DNA of 64,000 nt from Candidatus Bathyarchaeota archaeon (GTDB taxonomy: Archaea; Thermoproteota; Bathyarchaeia; Bathyarchaeales; Bathycorpusculaceae): assembly GCA_963768425.1 (NCBI GenBank), contig CAVYHV010000014.1, positions 288,001 to 352,000 of the forward strand, given 5' to 3'. This document shows positions 36,725 through 48,333 of the stretch, piece after piece (positions within the stretch are counted from its first letter, which is position 1; every line of letters begins with the position of its first letter). The position numbers and the translations under genes are program-made. A model generated the notes under the pieces. The model did no database searches and had not been told where the DNA came from. It saw only the letters and a list, made by a program, of their open reading frames with translations.

Positions 36725-38347
36725 CTAATTGCTTATTGGTTCATCCGATTTGGATGCGCCCATTAGTTTTTCCATAACTTTTAACAGAAAACGTAAGAGT
36801 CCACGAAGAGGCCCAAGCGCATCAGAGATTTGGCGAAGAGTAGTTAGGTCGCCTCGATCGATGGTCCTGGTTGCTATCGCAGCCAAAACGAAGATTATCG
36901 GGAAAGCAATTACACCGATGACTAACTGTTGCAATGGTATTGAGACAAACCTGAACGCTGTCAAAGGCAGCTTCGAATTCAGAACGTAAATTGAAATGGC
37001 AGCTATGCCTGAAGAGAGCAAGATCTTAACTGAAGACAACCAATCCACTGAAACACCGAATTTCTTCTTTAAAAAGCTTAAACCAACGAATAAGCTTGGA
37101 AAACCGACAGTTAAAGAAGCAGTAATTAGACCTACTACGCCGAAGCTTCTAATCAGAAGGAAACCGACTGGAACACCAATGCCAACTTGAAGGACAGAAA
37201 GGCCCAAGTTGAATTTTGTGAAACCTTGTCCCAACAACAAGTTACTCATACTTAGACTTCCCAAAGCAGTGTAAAGGTAAGTTACTGAAAGCAACGCCAA
37301 AAACAATGGAGCCGAAGAATAACTGTTGTGATAAATGAATCCGACGCCGGGCTGCGCAAGAGCAATAACTAAGGCTGCAACTGGCACGACAATAAGCGAG
37401 GCAAACTTCACTGAATATTGAAAGACAGATTTCAAGGTATCATGATCTTTTCGGTAGTCCAGTTTTGAGAAGGCGGGAAACAGCATGGTTGTAACAGGCG
37501 TAGCAAAGAAAGTTATTAGAATCGAGAAATTAATAGCCAAGTTATAGTTTCCGATGAGGGCGTTGTTTGTTACATAAAATGCAAGTATGTAACTATAGAA
37601 TACGGTTAGTAACCCGGTAAGTATGGCGCCAATCGAAACAGGTATACCATACCCCAACATGGTTTTGATTGTTGAAGAAACCTCAGTTCTTGTTGCTGAT
37701 TTAGGTAACAACCTGTAAATGCTCCATACCAGAATTACTCCAGCTAACCCCGCGATGAGAGCTGAAACGGTGTAACCAGTTATTGCACCAAGAGTTCCAA
37801 AACCTAAGAGCACAAGTCCGATTATCAAACCCGTTTTGATTGTTGACTGAATTATCAGCATAAAACTGTAATACTGCATTATTTCCAGTCCAGTGAACGC
37901 GGCAGTTGCGGAGTTCACCAGCGCCCCAGCCAAAACAAAGAAGGATGCGATTTGAATTAACGGCACTATTGTTGGACGATGTAGGCTAGTGGCAATAAAA
38001 GGGGAAAGGAAAAATGAGAGGATAGAAAGCGACAAGCCAAGTGCAATCTCGAAAACTAAGCCCGAGACGATTATGCCTCTTATTTTTGCTTTGTCTTCAA
38101 CGTTGTACTGCGCAGAATATTTAACCATAGCCGAGTTAACTCCACAATCTCGAAACGTGGCGATTAGGGTCGGCCCGACTATGGCTATTGAATATAAACC
38201 GTAGTTTTGTGCACCAAGAATGTAGGTAATAACTAGGATGCCGACAAAAGAGATGACTGTGGAGGCAACTAAACCCCACATGAGGTTGAAACCGCCTTTT
38301 GCTGAAATCTTCGCCATCTCTGTACCTTTACTCATGGTCTTTCCCAA
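36725..38347 (-). CDS. oligosaccharide flippase (Wzx/MATE-like)
   Basis: About 14 TMs; LGAQNYGLYS, LFPAFSKL. Confidence 0.88.
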   Translation of the reverse strand: MGKTMSKGTEMAKISAKGGFNLMWGLVASTVISFVGILVITYILGAQNYGLYSIAIVGPTLIATFRDCGVNSAMVKYSAQYNVEDKAKIRGIIVSGLVFEIALGLSLSILSFFLSPFIATSLHRPTIVPLIQIASFFVLAGALVNSATAAFTGLEIMQYYSFMLIIQSTIKTGLIIGLVLLGFGTLGAITGYTVSALIAGLAGVILVWSIYRLLPKSATRTEVSSTIKTMLGYGIPVSIGAILTGLLTVFYSYILAFYVTNNALIGNYNLAINFSILITFFATPVTTMLFPAFSKLDYRKDHDTLKSVFQYSVKFASLIVVPVAALVIALAQPGVGFIYHNSYSSAPLFLALLSVTYLYTALGSLSMSNLLLGQGFTKFNLGLSVLQVGIGVPVGFLLIRSFGVVGLITASLTVGFPSLFVGLSFLKKKFGVSVDWLSSVKILLSSGIAAISIYVLNSKLPLTAFRFVSIPLQQLVIGVIAFPIIFVLAAIATRTIDRGDLTTLRQISDALGPLRGLLRFLLKVMEKLMGASKSDEPISN

Positions 38348-38540
38348 GTTTGCTCGTAAATGTAAAGTTAAACTATCGATGAGGAGTGCTTGCGTTTATC
38401 GCTTTTGGTTCAATGCGCCAAATCCAAAGTGCAGAAAACGATCTCATTAATTTGCGAGGGCAACTAACTGAGCTTACAGAACGTTTTTTCTGAGATTTTC
38501 AGGCATCCAAGGTTGAATATGAAATGGCACTTGACTTGCG

Positions 38541-39885
38541 TTAGTTGCCTAAGCCTATGGCAACAAACTTGAGCTTTTTGCTGTATTTCTCAGGGTCATA
38601 CATCCTTCTTCCGTCCACAAGTATGGGCTGCTTCATATTTTCTACGTAGTCTTCAGGAGTCAGTTTTTTGAATTCACTCCATTCGGTGACGATTATCGCG
38701 CAGTCCGCTTTTTTGATACAGTCAAGCGCCGAAGAAGCGTAGTGGATTTTGCCCTTAAAAATCGATTTTGCGGTTTGCGAAGCAACTGGGTCATAGGCCG
38801 AAACGTGTGCCCCTTCTTTTAGCAACTGGTTTATTATGGGTACAACTCGGGCTTCTCTCATGTCGTCGGTGTCGGGTTTAAATGCCAAACCCAAGATGGC
38901 TATTTTCTTGCCTCCCAAACTGCCCAATTGCTGTATGCAGAATTCTACGGCTTTAAGAGGTTGCGTGTGGTTTATGTTTTCAACTGATTCCAAAAGTTCA
39001 GGAGTGTAGCCTAAGTTTTTTGAGCAGGCAATCAGGGCTTTCACGTCTTTGGGGAAGCATGAGCCGCCGTAGCCTAAGCCTGCGTCGAGGAATAGGGGTC
39101 CGATGCGTTTGTCTAAACCCATGGCTGCCGCCACCATTTTAACGTCTGCAGCCCGGAATTTTTTCGCAAATGTTAGCTATTGTATTGATGAAACTGATTT
39201 TTGTGGCTAACATTGCGTTGCTCGCATATTTGATAAGTTCAGCCGTAGATAGGGTGGTTCTAATCAACGGGGGCATCTTGCCACTGTAAAAGTCTCTGTA
39301 TAAATCTTCCAAAGTGTCGCCTGACCTTTCATCATACGACCCTATAACGACGCGGTCAGCCTTTACAGTGTCTTCAAACGCGGAGCCTTGGCGCAAGAAC
39401 TCTGGGTTCATGCATAAACCAAACTGTGTTCCGCAGGTTTTGAGTGATTCTTTTTCAATTATGGGTTTCACGGTGTTTTGGGTCGTTCCGGGGATAACCG
39501 TGCTTTTGATTACAGTGACTTGGTAATTGTTTTTCTTTTTTAATCCCTTGCCTATATCGTGTGCGGCTGATTCTATGAATTTGAGGTCGATGCATCCATC
39601 TTCCTTGCTCGGGGTTCCAACCGTTACAAAAGTCAAGTCTGAATCAATGACTGCTTTTTCAGTTTGATTAACAACGCATTACAAATTGCCGCTTTCAACG
39701 CTCGCTTTAAGTTTTTCTTGAAGACCAGGCTCATGAAAGGGTGGGATTCCCTGATTGATTTTTCTTGCTTTTTCCTCGTCTACTTCGCAGGCGGTAACTT
39801 TGTAGCCTTTGCTTGAAAACCCCACTGCCGTACATAAGCCCACATAGCCTGCGCCAATGACGGAGATTTTTGGTTTGTTTTTCAA
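38541..39885 (-). CDS. ugd: UDP-glucose 6-dehydrogenase (two frameshifts)
   Basis: IGAGYVGL, VGTP, NPEFLRQG, ELIKYASN, GYGGSCFPKD, GLAFKPDTDDMRE. Confidence 0.92.
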
Positions 39886-39947
39886 GATGTAAGCCTCGGA
39901 TGGAGCTTAATTTGAATTTAATATTCAGATTAAATATATATGGGTTC

Positions 39948-40848
39948 ATGATTAAAGAGAAGGCAAAGGGTGAAGCTGTGATCCGTAAGGTCATCGTCCC
40001 AGCTGCAGGATTAGGCACACGGCTGTTTCCTGCAACGAAAGAACAACCTAAAGAGATGTTGCCGATCTTCACAAATACACCTCAAGGCGATTTGGTAGTG
40101 AAGCCTGTTGTGCAAATGGTTTTTGAGCAGTTGTATGATGCTGGGCTGCGTGAGTTTTGTTATGTTGTCGGCAGAGGCAAACGCGGCATAGAAGACCATT
40201 TCACCCCTGACGCAGCACTGCATCAGAACACTGGAAAGCCTAGGGAAAAACGGACAGGCTTCTGATCTTGAAAGTTTCTATAGCAAACTCAATTCTTCCA
40301 CAGCTATGTGGGTTAATCAGCCTGAGCCTAAAGGGTTTCGGCAATGCAGTTCTGATGGCTCAACCATTCGTTGAGAAAGAAAGTTGCCTGGTTCATGCAG
40401 GAGACAGCTGCATAATTTCGAAAGACATGGATTACGTGAAAAAGTTGCTTGACGCCTTTGAGCGGTTCAACGCAGATGCTGCCTTCCTGGTTTTGGACAT
40501 TGAGAATCCAAAACAATACGGAATAGTTGAAGGCGAAGAGGTAGAACCTGGAATAATCCGAGTTAAGTCAGTGACCGAGAAACCTGAGAAACCCAAGACA
40601 CACTGGGCAATCATGGCCATGTACGCTTTTCACCAGTAATCTTCAAAGCCTTAGAAATGACAAAGCCTGGAAAGAATGGTGAAATCCAGCTAACCGATGC
40701 AATCCAGAAACTAATTGACTCAGATTCTAAGGTTTACGCAGTTAAACTTGACAGCAGCTACTCTCATTTAGATATTGGCAGTCCAGAAAGATACTGGCAA
40801 GCTTTAGAGTTGTCACACCAACACTTTTGCAAGAGACCAAACCCATGA
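39948..40848 (+). CDS. galU: UTP--glucose-1-phosphate uridylyltransferase (several frameshifts)
   Basis: VPAAGLGTRLFPATKEQPKEMLPI; KGFGNAV; EKP; GEIQLTDAIQ. Confidence 0.85.
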
Positions 40849-41854
40849 TGGACAACATAATCAGGGAAGACCTTGAAAAGATAAAGGAAGCAGTCAAGGG
40901 AGATGCTTTCGACGAGAAGAGAGTACTTGTCACTGGTGGAGCTGGGTTCATCGGCAGTTGGCTCTGTGATGCCCTGCTCTGTTTTGGCGCTAATGTTACT
41001 GCGGTTGACGATTTGTCCACGGGAAGACTGAAAAACATTAAACATCTAAACGAAAAAGATACTTTTCAGTTTGTTAAGTCGGATGTTTGCTCGTTCAAAT
41101 CCAAAGAGAAATTCGATTTCATTTTTCACATGGCTGGACACGCATCCCCTGACGAATATCAAACCCACCCAATTGAGACCCTGCAAACCAGCGCTTCTGG
41201 AAGCTTTGCCATGGCTGAGCTTGCAAGAAAAAATCAAGCCACATTGCTGTTCGCTTCAACCTCCGAAGTTTACGGGGACTCAGAAGTTATTCCCACGCCC
41301 GAAACTTATTGGGGAAAAGTTAACCCGATAGGTCCCCGGTCTTGTTACGATGAAGGAAAACGTTTCGCAGAGGCTCTTCTTATCGCATATAGCAAGCAAT
41401 ACAAGCTTGATGTGGTGATTCCAAGAATTTTTAATACTTATGGTCCTCGCTTGCGAGAGGATGGCTTATATGGCAGGGCAATGTCACGATTTATTCTGCA
41501 GCTTAACCAATCAGCCCATCACAGTTTATGGCGACGGGAAGCAGACCCGGTCTTTTTGCTACGTAACTGATACTGTAACAGCGTTGATGTTATTGATGCG
41601 CATGCCCGAAGGCCAAAAGTGAGGTTATTAATGTTGGCAACACAATTGAAATTACAATACTTGAGTTAGCAAATAAAGTTCAGAAAGCAACAAAATGCAA
41701 GTCAAGCATAGAATTCCATGCGTTGCCGAAAGATGACCCGAAAAGGCGTTGCCCAGACACAGGCAAACTCCAGAAAACACTTGGGTGGAAACCAAATGTT
41801 AGTTTTTCAGAAGGGTTAAAAAGAACAATAGCGTGGTTTTCGAAGAAGAATTAA
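40845..41854 (+). CDS. UDP-glucuronate decarboxylase (UDP-xylose synthase), frameshifted
   Basis: [59 protein letters not shown]. Confidence 0.88.
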
Positions 41855-42053
41855 GGTTCTCTCCAAAACATTCGCATAAATATTGGGTGATTTTAGTTTT
41901 TACCGCGCAATTCACCACTAAAGAAATAATATTAGTGAACGGAGATTTTAGTGGGGCAATACTTTTGCCAGTACTAGTGACAGTATTGACATTAGAACTG
42001 AAAACACAAGGCATATAAAGGGAGCACAATATGAAAAGAATAGGTTTCGAAAT

Positions 42054-42872
42054 TTGGGAAAATTTGATTCGCCCATGCAGAAAGCTTTTCTTGCACTAAG
42101 ACACCCCTCTGCTGCCTACCAAAGATTGGGTTATCGCATAGATGGAATAAAAGAAAAAGGACACAAGGGGCGAATTCATGAATACCAAAAATATATTCAA
42201 GAAGAAAAAGATGCAATGATTATCCTAACCGGATTTACCCCAGAAACAATAAGCCGAGCATTCACCGATTTTGAAAAAGAAACGGAGTTTTCAAATAATA
42301 TAGATAAGGCGCTCGATTACGGCTATGACTTAATGAAGGGAGGAATATCAGAGGCAGGAAACATATCGCTAATTGAACGCCGAATACTTTTCGTATTATG
42401 CAGACTAAGCAAACCCGATATCGTGCTAGAAACGGGCGTTGCAAACGGCATATCCTCTGCTTACATCTTAGAAGCGTTAGAAGATAATGAGAGAGGCAAA
42501 TTATCATCGATAGACTTACCGTCTGTTGCGTTGACAACAATTTTTCACAGAAATGTTGGCTGGATTGTGCCCGAACAATTAAGATATAGATGGAATTTGA
42601 CTTTAGGCAAAAGTTCGAAAATATTGCCAACTATGCTCCTCAAACTACAAAAAATAGATTTCTTCTTCCATGACAGTAACCACAGCTATAACAATATGAT
42701 GTTTGAGTTAAAAACGACTTGGCCCTTCATAAGGGATGGTGGAATAGTAGCATGTGATGACGCAGTTGAACGTGATGCATTCTTGGATTTCTCTGATTCC
42801 GTCAGATTAAAACCTGTAATTTTTGATGGCACAAATACTGGAGCAATTAGAAAGTTGAACGCCAACCAATAG
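42054..42872 (+). CDS. class I SAM methyltransferase (Methyltransf_24-like)
   Basis: VLETGVANGISS, SIDLP, FFHDSNHSY. Confidence 0.85.
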   Translation: MGKFDSPMQKAFLALRHPSAAYQRLGYRIDGIKEKGHKGRIHEYQKYIQEEKDAMIILTGFTPETISRAFTDFEKETEFSNNIDKALDYGYDLMKGGISEAGNISLIERRILFVLCRLSKPDIVLETGVANGISSAYILEALEDNERGKLSSIDLPSVALTTIFHRNVGWIVPEQLRYRWNLTLGKSSKILPTMLLKLQKIDFFFHDSNHSYNNMMFELKTTWPFIRDGGIVACDDAVERDAFLDFSDSVRLKPVIFDGTNTGAIRKLNANQ

Positions 42873-43018
42873 AATTATTAATGAAAAAAATCCAGATTCC
42901 ATTTTCTAAATTTTCTGCGTTTTTTGGAGTGAATCCTAAGAACTGCAACCAAAAGCTACTTGAGAGAGTGACCGTTTTCTTCTCAAAGCAATTATTTTGA
43001 TTAATAGTTACAAAAAGA

Positions 43019-45475
43019 TCAGTTGTTTGCTTTATCTTTCTTTACGTGTTTTTTGTAGACGTATGTTATTTTGTTTTTGCTCAAGTATGTAGTGCAAATA
43101 ATCAGTGACGTTATTGATATTGCCGCGCCTGCATAGAACAAATTTTGGGGGGTAAACTCTAAAGTTATTGTGAATGTCCCTGCTTTGTCAATATACCATC
43201 CATTGGCGTATCCATTAGCTGTAAAATGGTCTTGATCGGGTATTTGTTGTCCATTGATGGTTGCAACCCAGCCGCTGTCAAAAGATTCGCTGAAGACGAG
43301 GTAAAATGGTTTTGAAGAGTTTACATGGACTATGTATTGGGTCGGCTGGATCTTTTCGTAGATTATGGAAGTCTCGTTTGCATGGTTCTGAACGAATACT
43401 GTGCTCATCGGAAGAGTTGAAATTTGCTGAGCACTAAGTTGACTGGAGAGGGCAATAACAGAGTCGTTGGGATTAAAGTCGCTCTCCGCAATTTGTATTG
43501 ATTGATTCAAGTCCACATCAGATAGAATAGTCGTTGACGCGGAATAAACCTCCTCAGGTTGCCAATAGGAGTTTTTGTAGAAAAGAAGTTGTCCAAATGT
43601 CTTTTCAAGAGTCAACGCGCCACTCGAGCTTAAAATCGATTGAAACTGATCAGGCGAAGTTGATATCCATGATGTATTATTTTCCACATACAGCCAATTT
43701 GTGTCTTCTTGGAAAAGAACGTATTTAACATTCATTAAAGCCAATATTTTACTCGCTGCTGTGGTTTGGTTATCAATTATTAGTTGCGCTGCTAAGCCAG
43801 CTATTCCGTTGCCAACTGCTGATGAGGCTATAACTGCCTTCGAACCCAACCAATCGACAGGATACGGTCCGTCGTATCCACCATTTGCCCATTTTAGTTC
43901 AGCATACCCGAGGGTGGAAAGTGGCAGAATGAGTATGTTGAAATCTGATTGATCGGTTGCAAGCCAATTACTGGCAATTTGATAGTAAGGTGGCATTTGA
44001 TATCTGTTAGATTGTATTACTTGAGTGCCAGGTCTGATAACATCTCCAGTCCATAAGGGAAAAGCATAAACACCTACTATCAAAAAGAGAATGACAATTA
44101 TTGGAGCGGCACTTAATATTTGTCGCGAAACATGTCGAAATCTATTGAGACTATGGTTTATCCTTCTGAAAAGTTCTGTGAGCGTATAGCCGATTAGGAA
44201 GGCGTAAGTGAGGGCAAGATACATCCCGAATCTGTAGTAAGGGGTATCGAAAAACGCGTTAAATAGTGGTATTCGCGAATATATCCAATTTCCTACAGGA
44301 GAATATGCACCGTTGATGAGCAGCAGACTTATTACTACAGAAAATGCGAAAAAAAGAACGTGTTTATCTTTTGGTCTCATCAATAATGGAATTGATACTA
44401 AAAATGGTAACAAGAAGCTTACAATAATTGGAAGAGGAGTCTGATATGTTGATGCCCAGATGAAATATGCATCGCCTCTATAACCTGAATTCAGACCCCA
44501 ATATCCAAGAAGACGAATTGCCCCGATTACTGGAGCGCTATTTAACTTTACTGCCGATAGAAAAGAAACTCCCATGCTGCTGTATGAGCTTGTGACATAT
44601 GCGAGGACATGTGTGGAAAAATATGCATCAGGAATAAGCCAATAAAGGTTTAATGAAATCCATGTTAAAAAAAATACTGCTGTGAATTTTAATGCTGAAA
44701 AAAAGGCTATTTTGGTGGGGTTAACCAAAACATAAAATATCAAGTACATTAACAGAGGCAACAAAGTCAAAGGGACATATGAGGGGTCACCAAACATAGA
44801 TGTGGCGAGCAGCATAACAAAAGCAGCAATTATCGCGAACTTGACGTTTTTCTTTTCATTCAAGCCTTTAACAAAAATAGCGAGAATTAATGGAAGCAAA
44901 GCATAAATCATGAAACTTGTTGTTCGCAAAGGCAGTATTGTGATTGCAACGTAAGGGTTCAGCATGTAAAAAATGCCCGAGATCAAACCAGCAAGATGTT
45001 TAAGCTTAACAGTAGTATTTCTTAACAGCGTAATAGTCAAATAGTACATGGATAAACCGCCGATTGTGAAGACGCCATAGAAAAGTATCTGTTCGGTAAC
45101 TGACAAAGAAAGACCTATGATTTCAGAAAAGGCAAAATACGACCACACCGGGAATGTGAGTGCGCACACGCGGGGATTGGCACTGCCAAGTGACCTAGAA
45201 TCCCAAACGTAAAAATTTGCTGTAAAACTTCTGAGCCTATCAAGCGGCATTGAAAAATCGCCCGCTGATATTAAGTATTCTCCACGAAACCAAGAGATAG
45301 AAAGGAGGCCGATAAGCCCAATAATTAATAAAGCAATAAAAGAACCCGAGTGCACATGGAGATACCGTCTAAAGGGATTAGAAAACGTCTCATTTTTCTT
45401 AGATAAAAGGCCTTGAACTCTTGCAGTGGAAGCTTCAATGTCAAGCGTAAAATAGCCCCTCTTATCTTTTACCAA
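43019..45475 (-). CDS. large polytopic membrane protein, GT-C-like (AftD/YfhO-type)
   Basis: About 12 TMs, FYMLNPY; C-terminal PFYLVFSESFDSGW...HFTANGYANGWYI. Confidence 0.7.
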   Translation of the reverse strand: MVKDKRGYFTLDIEASTARVQGLLSKKNETFSNPFRRYLHVHSGSFIALLIIGLIGLLSISWFRGEYLISAGDFSMPLDRLRSFTANFYVWDSRSLGSANPRVCALTFPVWSYFAFSEIIGLSLSVTEQILFYGVFTIGGLSMYYLTITLLRNTTVKLKHLAGLISGIFYMLNPYVAITILPLRTTSFMIYALLPLILAIFVKGLNEKKNVKFAIIAAFVMLLATSMFGDPSYVPLTLLPLLMYLIFYVLVNPTKIAFFSALKFTAVFFLTWISLNLYWLIPDAYFSTHVLAYVTSSYSSMGVSFLSAVKLNSAPVIGAIRLLGYWGLNSGYRGDAYFIWASTYQTPLPIIVSFLLPFLVSIPLLMRPKDKHVLFFAFSVVISLLLINGAYSPVGNWIYSRIPLFNAFFDTPYYRFGMYLALTYAFLIGYTLTELFRRINHSLNRFRHVSRQILSAAPIIVILFLIVGVYAFPLWTGDVIRPGTQVIQSNRYQMPPYYQIASNWLATDQSDFNILILPLSTLGYAELKWANGGYDGPYPVDWLGSKAVIASSAVGNGIAGLAAQLIIDNQTTAASKILALMNVKYVLFQEDTNWLYVENNTSWISTSPDQFQSILSSSGALTLEKTFGQLLFYKNSYWQPEEVYSASTTILSDVDLNQSIQIAESDFNPNDSVIALSSQLSAQQISTLPMSTVFVQNHANETSIIYEKIQPTQYIVHVNSSKPFYLVFSESFDSGWVATINGQQIPDQDHFTANGYANGWYIDKAGTFTITLEFTPQNLFYAGAAISITSLIICTTYLSKNKITYVYKKHVKKDKANN

Positions 45476-45498
45476 CTTAACACTTTCAGCTTATATTT

Positions 45499-45990
45499 AT
45501 CAATTCCGAGCAACTAGTACCTTAATTCCAAAAAAAGGCGCAACAAGTAGCATGAAATAAAATATTGTTATTATAACTAAAACCATTGCAATTGCCACAA
45601 AAAATACATTCTCCGCGGATTTTGAAAACCTTTCGTACTCTCAGTTATTTTTATTCAGCTCTTTAGTGGTTTTTGGGCAATTATCCTCTCTGGGATGAGG
45701 AAAAATACCAAAGGGGCGCTCTCAACAATAACCTTTCCGAGGATAACAAGACAGGAGTTGACAAATTCCAAAAACTTTGTAGTACTTAAGTTGGCAAAAA
45801 CTATGAAATCATGCCTGTTTTTTCTACGTTCAAAACTCTAAAACCTTGCTCTTCCAACATATGAACAAATTTCTGATTCGTTTTAATAATAATTTATGGT
45901 GTCCCTAATCTAAAAAGGGTGGCTATATTCTTAATCAACCCATTTAATAACTAGATTTTGAGCAGCAAAATGCCCTTTTCCGTCCAATCA
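45499..45990 (-). pseudogene. possible degraded methyltransferase C-terminal fragment
   Basis: Stop-interrupted pieces KFVHMLEEQGFRVLNVEKTG and FGIKVLVARN*. Confidence 0.3.
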
Positions 45991-45998
45991 CCGGAGCG

Positions 45999-47035
45999 TT
46001 ATTCTGCCCAATTACGTATCCACCAACTGAAGTAACAAGTGCAATTTTTACATAAAGGTATCATGTTAAAATCTCCATTAATGTGTATTTTCCTATATTT
46101 TTTCAGCTTTTCGCCCGTCCACACTTGGCGTATTGATTCATTATTCAAATCGCCTATTATCATCCTATCATCATAATCAATGCAGCACAAAGGCACTCTT
46201 CCATCCCAAGAAACTACAAGTTCCGTCCATAAGAGTCGGCAGGGAGTAATTCGTCTCGTGAAATGCTTTTCCGTTTTTATCTCAGCGTTGCCAGACCAAT
46301 CATGAGTATTTGAAATCCAGACTTGACCGTGTTTCTTCCATTCTTTTACAAAATCTTTAACTTGGTTCTTGTTTTCGTCTATACAACAAAAATTTATCAC
46401 GATTGCGGGTTTTTCTGTTTTCTAGCATTCTTAAGTTCAACAAGCCGATTTATGTTATTTTTGACTATATCATAATTAAGCCCTTTTCTAATCTTCTCAT
46501 AAATCTCTTTGGTGTTAGAATCAAGACTGATGTAAATTCGATCTAAACCAGACTCTAAAATTTCATTTGCGGTCTCTTTTGTCAAAAGTGAGGCATTAGT
46601 ATTAGTTGAAACAACTTCAATCCCTGCCCTCTTGGCATAAGCAACTTTTTGAGAAAAATATGGATCTAGCAAAGGTTCACCAAACCTATAAATCGCGACT
46701 TCCTTCACTTTTAGATCTACGCAATCTGCAATTATTTTCTTAAATAAGGAAAAATCCATAAAGCCTATCTTTCGAGTCAATTTGTCGCGGACGCAAAATA
46801 CGCAATGAGCGTTGCAAGCATTTGTATTTTCAATAATTACTTTAACAGGTCCATCCTTTTGAGATAACATAATTTGTTTCATTTGTTTTTTGTAGAAATT
46901 TGCGTAAACTGGGTTTTTGTTCAAAGCTGGAGAATTGAGGAAAACAGAGACAAATTTGTTAAGCTGAGAACGAGACTTTGTTAGATCTATTACTTTATTT
47001 GTTATCTTAGTTTTTGTGGTCATTTTAAATTCCAT
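45999..47035 (-). CDS. radical SAM/SPASM-twitch protein (frameshift near 46400)
   Basis: CNAHCVFC, GEPLL; PCRLLW...DGRVPLCCID...GDL...CKNC. Confidence 0.88.
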
Positions 47036-47408
47036 ACGTATCAGTGTCTTTCGGATTAAAAACTTCGTTCACAATGGACAAAAGATACATATCGTCGTTG
47101 CCAATATTTTGTAGCGTATGTGCTATATATGGCTGTATTTCGACTGATGATGGATTTTCATCCGACAAAATTAGTTCTTTTGTTTCTTTCGTATTGATAT
47201 CTTCAAGCGTCAGCTTTGCCACTCCTTTAATTACACAAAACCATTCAACCTTTCTCTTATGGTAATGTTTTCCCCTAAAAGCATTGGGTTTAGATGTGGA
47301 AAAGTGTATGTGTTTTATTTCCTCTTTGATAAAGTCGCTTCTCAATACTTCTATAAGGTATCCTCGTTCATCTTCATGTTTCATAATTGCTCTTACATTA
47401 ATTTGCAT
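47025..47408 (-). CDS. cupin sugar epimerase (WxcM/CapF-cupin-like)
   Basis: DERGYLIE, RGKHYHKRKVEWFCVIKG, FNPKDTDT. Confidence 0.8.
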   Translation of the reverse strand: MQINVRAIMKHEDERGYLIEVLRSDFIKEEIKHIHFSTSKPNAFRGKHYHKRKVEWFCVIKGVAKLTLEDINTKETKELILSDENPSSVEIQPYIAHTLQNIGNDDMYLLSIVNEVFNPKDTDTYGI

Positions 47409-48333
47409 TGAGGAACATCACCTTTTTTCTGAATTCTTCCTCTTTTTGCTTCATTGTAATTACACTCTCTGAGATTGTACTCATTTTCTTCCCTAATGAA
47501 TCTTCGACTTTGGAAACATCTAATGAAGTGTTTTGGGGTCGACGTGCGACTAAAGAGAATCTCTTCTCAAACTCACAAAGGCTAGTTACTTTAATAAGAT
47601 CTGTTTTCAGATTAAATATTCCTGCAACGACAAGGGAAAAACGATACTTTGTCATCGAATCAGCGCTCGCCACGTTAAAGATGCCCGTACTTTCACTCTG
47701 AAGAAGCTCGATTAGAATGTTAGCCAAATCATTGGTAAACATCAACGAACTAATCTGATCTGTCGCGAAAAAGTTTTCATTCCTTTTAGCGCGATCAATA
47801 ATTAAGGACGAGAGACTTGGTTTAAGAGGATTTGGATTCCATCCATGCAAACTCGTTCGAATGCTAAGGAAATTATCGTAGTTTTTGGCGATTATTTCCT
47901 CTCCTTGGAATTTAGTTTTGGCATAGACAGACATCGGGTTTGGTTTATCGGTTTCTGAATAATTCCCTTTTTTTCCATCGAAAATGTAGTCAGTACAAAC
48001 ATAAACCAATTTGGCTCTGCATTTTTTGGCAACCTTAAGCATATTTTTTGTTCCAGTAACATTTACATCATAGGCTAATTCAGGGTTTTTCTCACACAAT
48101 TCTAGATCTGTCAATGCTGCGGCATGAATTATTATGTCTGGTTGCGCTTTTTCCATTTTGTTAAGTGAGTCTTTTACTATATCCATCTTTAAGGATTTGA
48201 AATTTTCATTTTCAATTCTTATACCGCTATTATGGTAACAACAAAACACTGTATGCTTCTTTATGAACTCTAGGCAGAGAGCGCTTCCTAAAAGTCCGTT
48301 ACCGCCAGTTACCAAAACATTCATTGAACCCAT
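47398..48333 (-). CDS. RmlD-like NDP-4-keto-6-deoxysugar reductase
   Basis: VTGGNGLLG, CTDYIFDG, YAKTK, RRPQNTSLD. Confidence 0.85.
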   Translation of the reverse strand: MGSMNVLVTGGNGLLGSALCLEFIKKHTVFCCYHNSGIRIENENFKSLKMDIVKDSLNKMEKAQPDIIIHAAALTDLELCEKNPELAYDVNVTGTKNMLKVAKKCRAKLVYVCTDYIFDGKKGNYSETDKPNPMSVYAKTKFQGEEIIAKNYDNFLSIRTSLHGWNPNPLKPSLSSLIIDRAKRNENFFATDQISSLMFTNDLANILIELLQSESTGIFNVASADSMTKYRFSLVVAGIFNLKTDLIKVTSLCEFEKRFSLVARRPQNTSLDVSKVEDSLGKKMSTISESVITMKQKEEEFRKKVMFLNAN